Source: Octopus vulgaris
Taxonomy: Eukaryota
Assembly: GCA_951406725.2 (NCBI GenBank)
Contig: OX597817.1
Coordinates: forward strand, 99,696,001 to 99,760,000
Length of the DNA stretch: 64,000 nucleotides
Direction: 5' to 3'
Shown here: positions 62,390 through 64,000 of the stretch, one piece after another
How the letters are laid out: each line of letters starts with the position of its first letter
Position numbering within the stretch: position 1 is the stretch's first letter
Translations under genes and position numbers: made by a program
The notes under the pieces: generated by a model
Seen by the model: the letters and a program-made list of their open reading frames with translations, nothing else
Told to the model about the DNA's origin: nothing
Databases searched by the model: none

Positions 62390-64000
62390 TCTTCAAATCC
62401 AAAAAACTGACTGCAGTCATCCATAGTCCCAAAACCAGAAAAATCATCAGGGTCACCAATACTGTCCAAAGTGTCCCTATCTTCAAACAGAATGTCATAT
62501 TTTGTGCCATCTAATGCATTATTGGTGCCACATTTTTAAAAAGATTTTACTGCTACTTCAATTTTCCCAGCATTCCATGATATCAGGACCCACTTGCACA
62601 CTTGAGCAATTGTTGGCCTTTAAAAACAATTTGTTGGTGTTAGGTAATTTTCCTTGACTCTCACCCACTGATTCTACCCTTCTCTCATAAATGCCTTAAA
62701 AGGCTTGTTGATTGATATGTCCAGTGGTTGTAATTGGCTTGTTAAATCACCAGGGAACTGCCATTTTCGTAGCCTTTGTTTTGTGGACACAAAACTGGTC
62801 TCACACAAGAAGGGATGCTTTTTTATCCATGCTGGTAGCACGTAAAAAGCACCATTTGAGCGTGATCATTACCAGAGCCACTTTACTGGCACTTGTGTTA
62901 GTGGCACGTGAAAAAATATTTGAGTGAGGTCATTGCCAGTGCTGCTGGACTGGCTCCTGTGCAGGTGGCATGTAAAAAACACCATTTGGGCGTGGCCATT
63001 GCCAGTACTGCCTGACTGGCCCTCATGCCGGTGGCACGTAAAAGCACCCACTACACTCTCGGAGTGGTTGGCATTAAGTAGGGCATCCACCTGTAGAAAC
63101 TCTGTCAGATCAGATTGGAGCCTGGTGCAGCCATCTGGTTTGCCAGTCCTCAGTCAAATTGTCCACCCCATGCCAGCATGGAAAGAGGACATTACACGAT
63201 GATGATGTCACCAGAATGCCTTGACCAGACATTATCTAGTCATAACTTCACTCCCTCTTCATCTATCCACCTCTGTTGGTGGACATGAACAAAAATTCCA
63301 CATGGAATTTTGTCTTTTGGTAAAGTTTTTCTCTTGAAAATAAGCAGCAGTGGCAGTTTTGTTTCATCAGCACAACACGATAGTACCACAGTATATTGGG
63401 TTTTCTCATGTCCAGATGTCTTTACACTTACAGTTTTGAACCCTTTAACATCTACTGTTCTATTTGATACCACATCAAATGTTAGTGACACCTCATCCAT
63501 GCTTCTGATCTGACCCACTTCATAGTCAGTCTTTCTTGCACTGATTGATAATTATCAACCTATGAAATTAGATTATTTTGTTATCATAATCTTCAGGCAT
63601 TTTTGTGCTATTCTTGTTTTCATTCTCATTGCCTGTCCATGCCTCTTCATAAATCTATAACACCAGCTTGATGTTCCATGAAAATCCTCCAGACCCTGTG
63701 CTGCTGTCCTCACTTTTGATTCGTTAATAACCATTTTTATTGATACTGCAAGACCCGAATTTCTCTCCGCAACTATTCACTCTTTCATCTCTTGCTCCAG
63801 TTCTGGCTACTTAGCTGCAGTCTGATGCAGGTTACGTTTAAGTCTTGATGCATGCTTCAACAAGTCCTCTTGTTTCTCCCAGTAGTGGATCATTTTCTCA
63901 GTTGGTGGTATTCCAAAATGCTACTCTGCAGCCCTATTGCCATGCTGTTTGGCATATTCAATCACTTGTATCTTGTAGCCAATTGTGTAAGAGTATCTTC
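62390..64000 (-). pseudogene. pogo-family (POGK-like, BrkDBD-HTH-DDE) transposase, decayed, running off the window
   Basis: YSYTIGYKIQVIEYAKQHGNRAA, SWCYRFMKRHG, MDEVSLTFD, KTSGHEK, KLPLLLIFKRKT, LDIS.NKPFKA, SF.KCG..NALDGT. Confidence 0.88.
62785..63207 (+). mobile_element. RTE 3' UTR fragment inserted in the pogo element
   Basis: Repeat array ggcacgtaaaa(a)gcacc, cactacactctcggagtggttggc, (gat)n. Confidence 0.85.

Overview
AT-rich, microsatellite-dense eukaryotic DNA made up almost entirely of transposable elements. The SINE and RTE families resemble those I recall from Octopus; this is an inference, not a database match. No host gene is confidently visible. Protein-coding and DNA elements: one intact 1055-aa RTE-clade LINE ORF (APE endonuclease + RT + embedded PHD-like Cys/His module) with many truncated relatives, a decayed Ty3/Gypsy pol + LTR enclosed by Tc1-type TIRs, mariner, DD37D (maT), Tigger and pogo DNA transposons, Helitron-like elements, two tRNA-derived SINE families, and Penelope-like (GIY-YIG) fragments of at least two clades. 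The most striking signal is more than ten type I hammerhead-ribozyme motifs (CUGANGA...GAAA...NUH with pairing stems) from several unrelated sequence families. They sit in short non-coding partial-tandem units (496 bp and 356 bp) or in fold-back inserts within (TA)n tracts, which suggests a diverse retrozyme-like or Penelope pLTR-derived population. All alignments and folds were done by eye.
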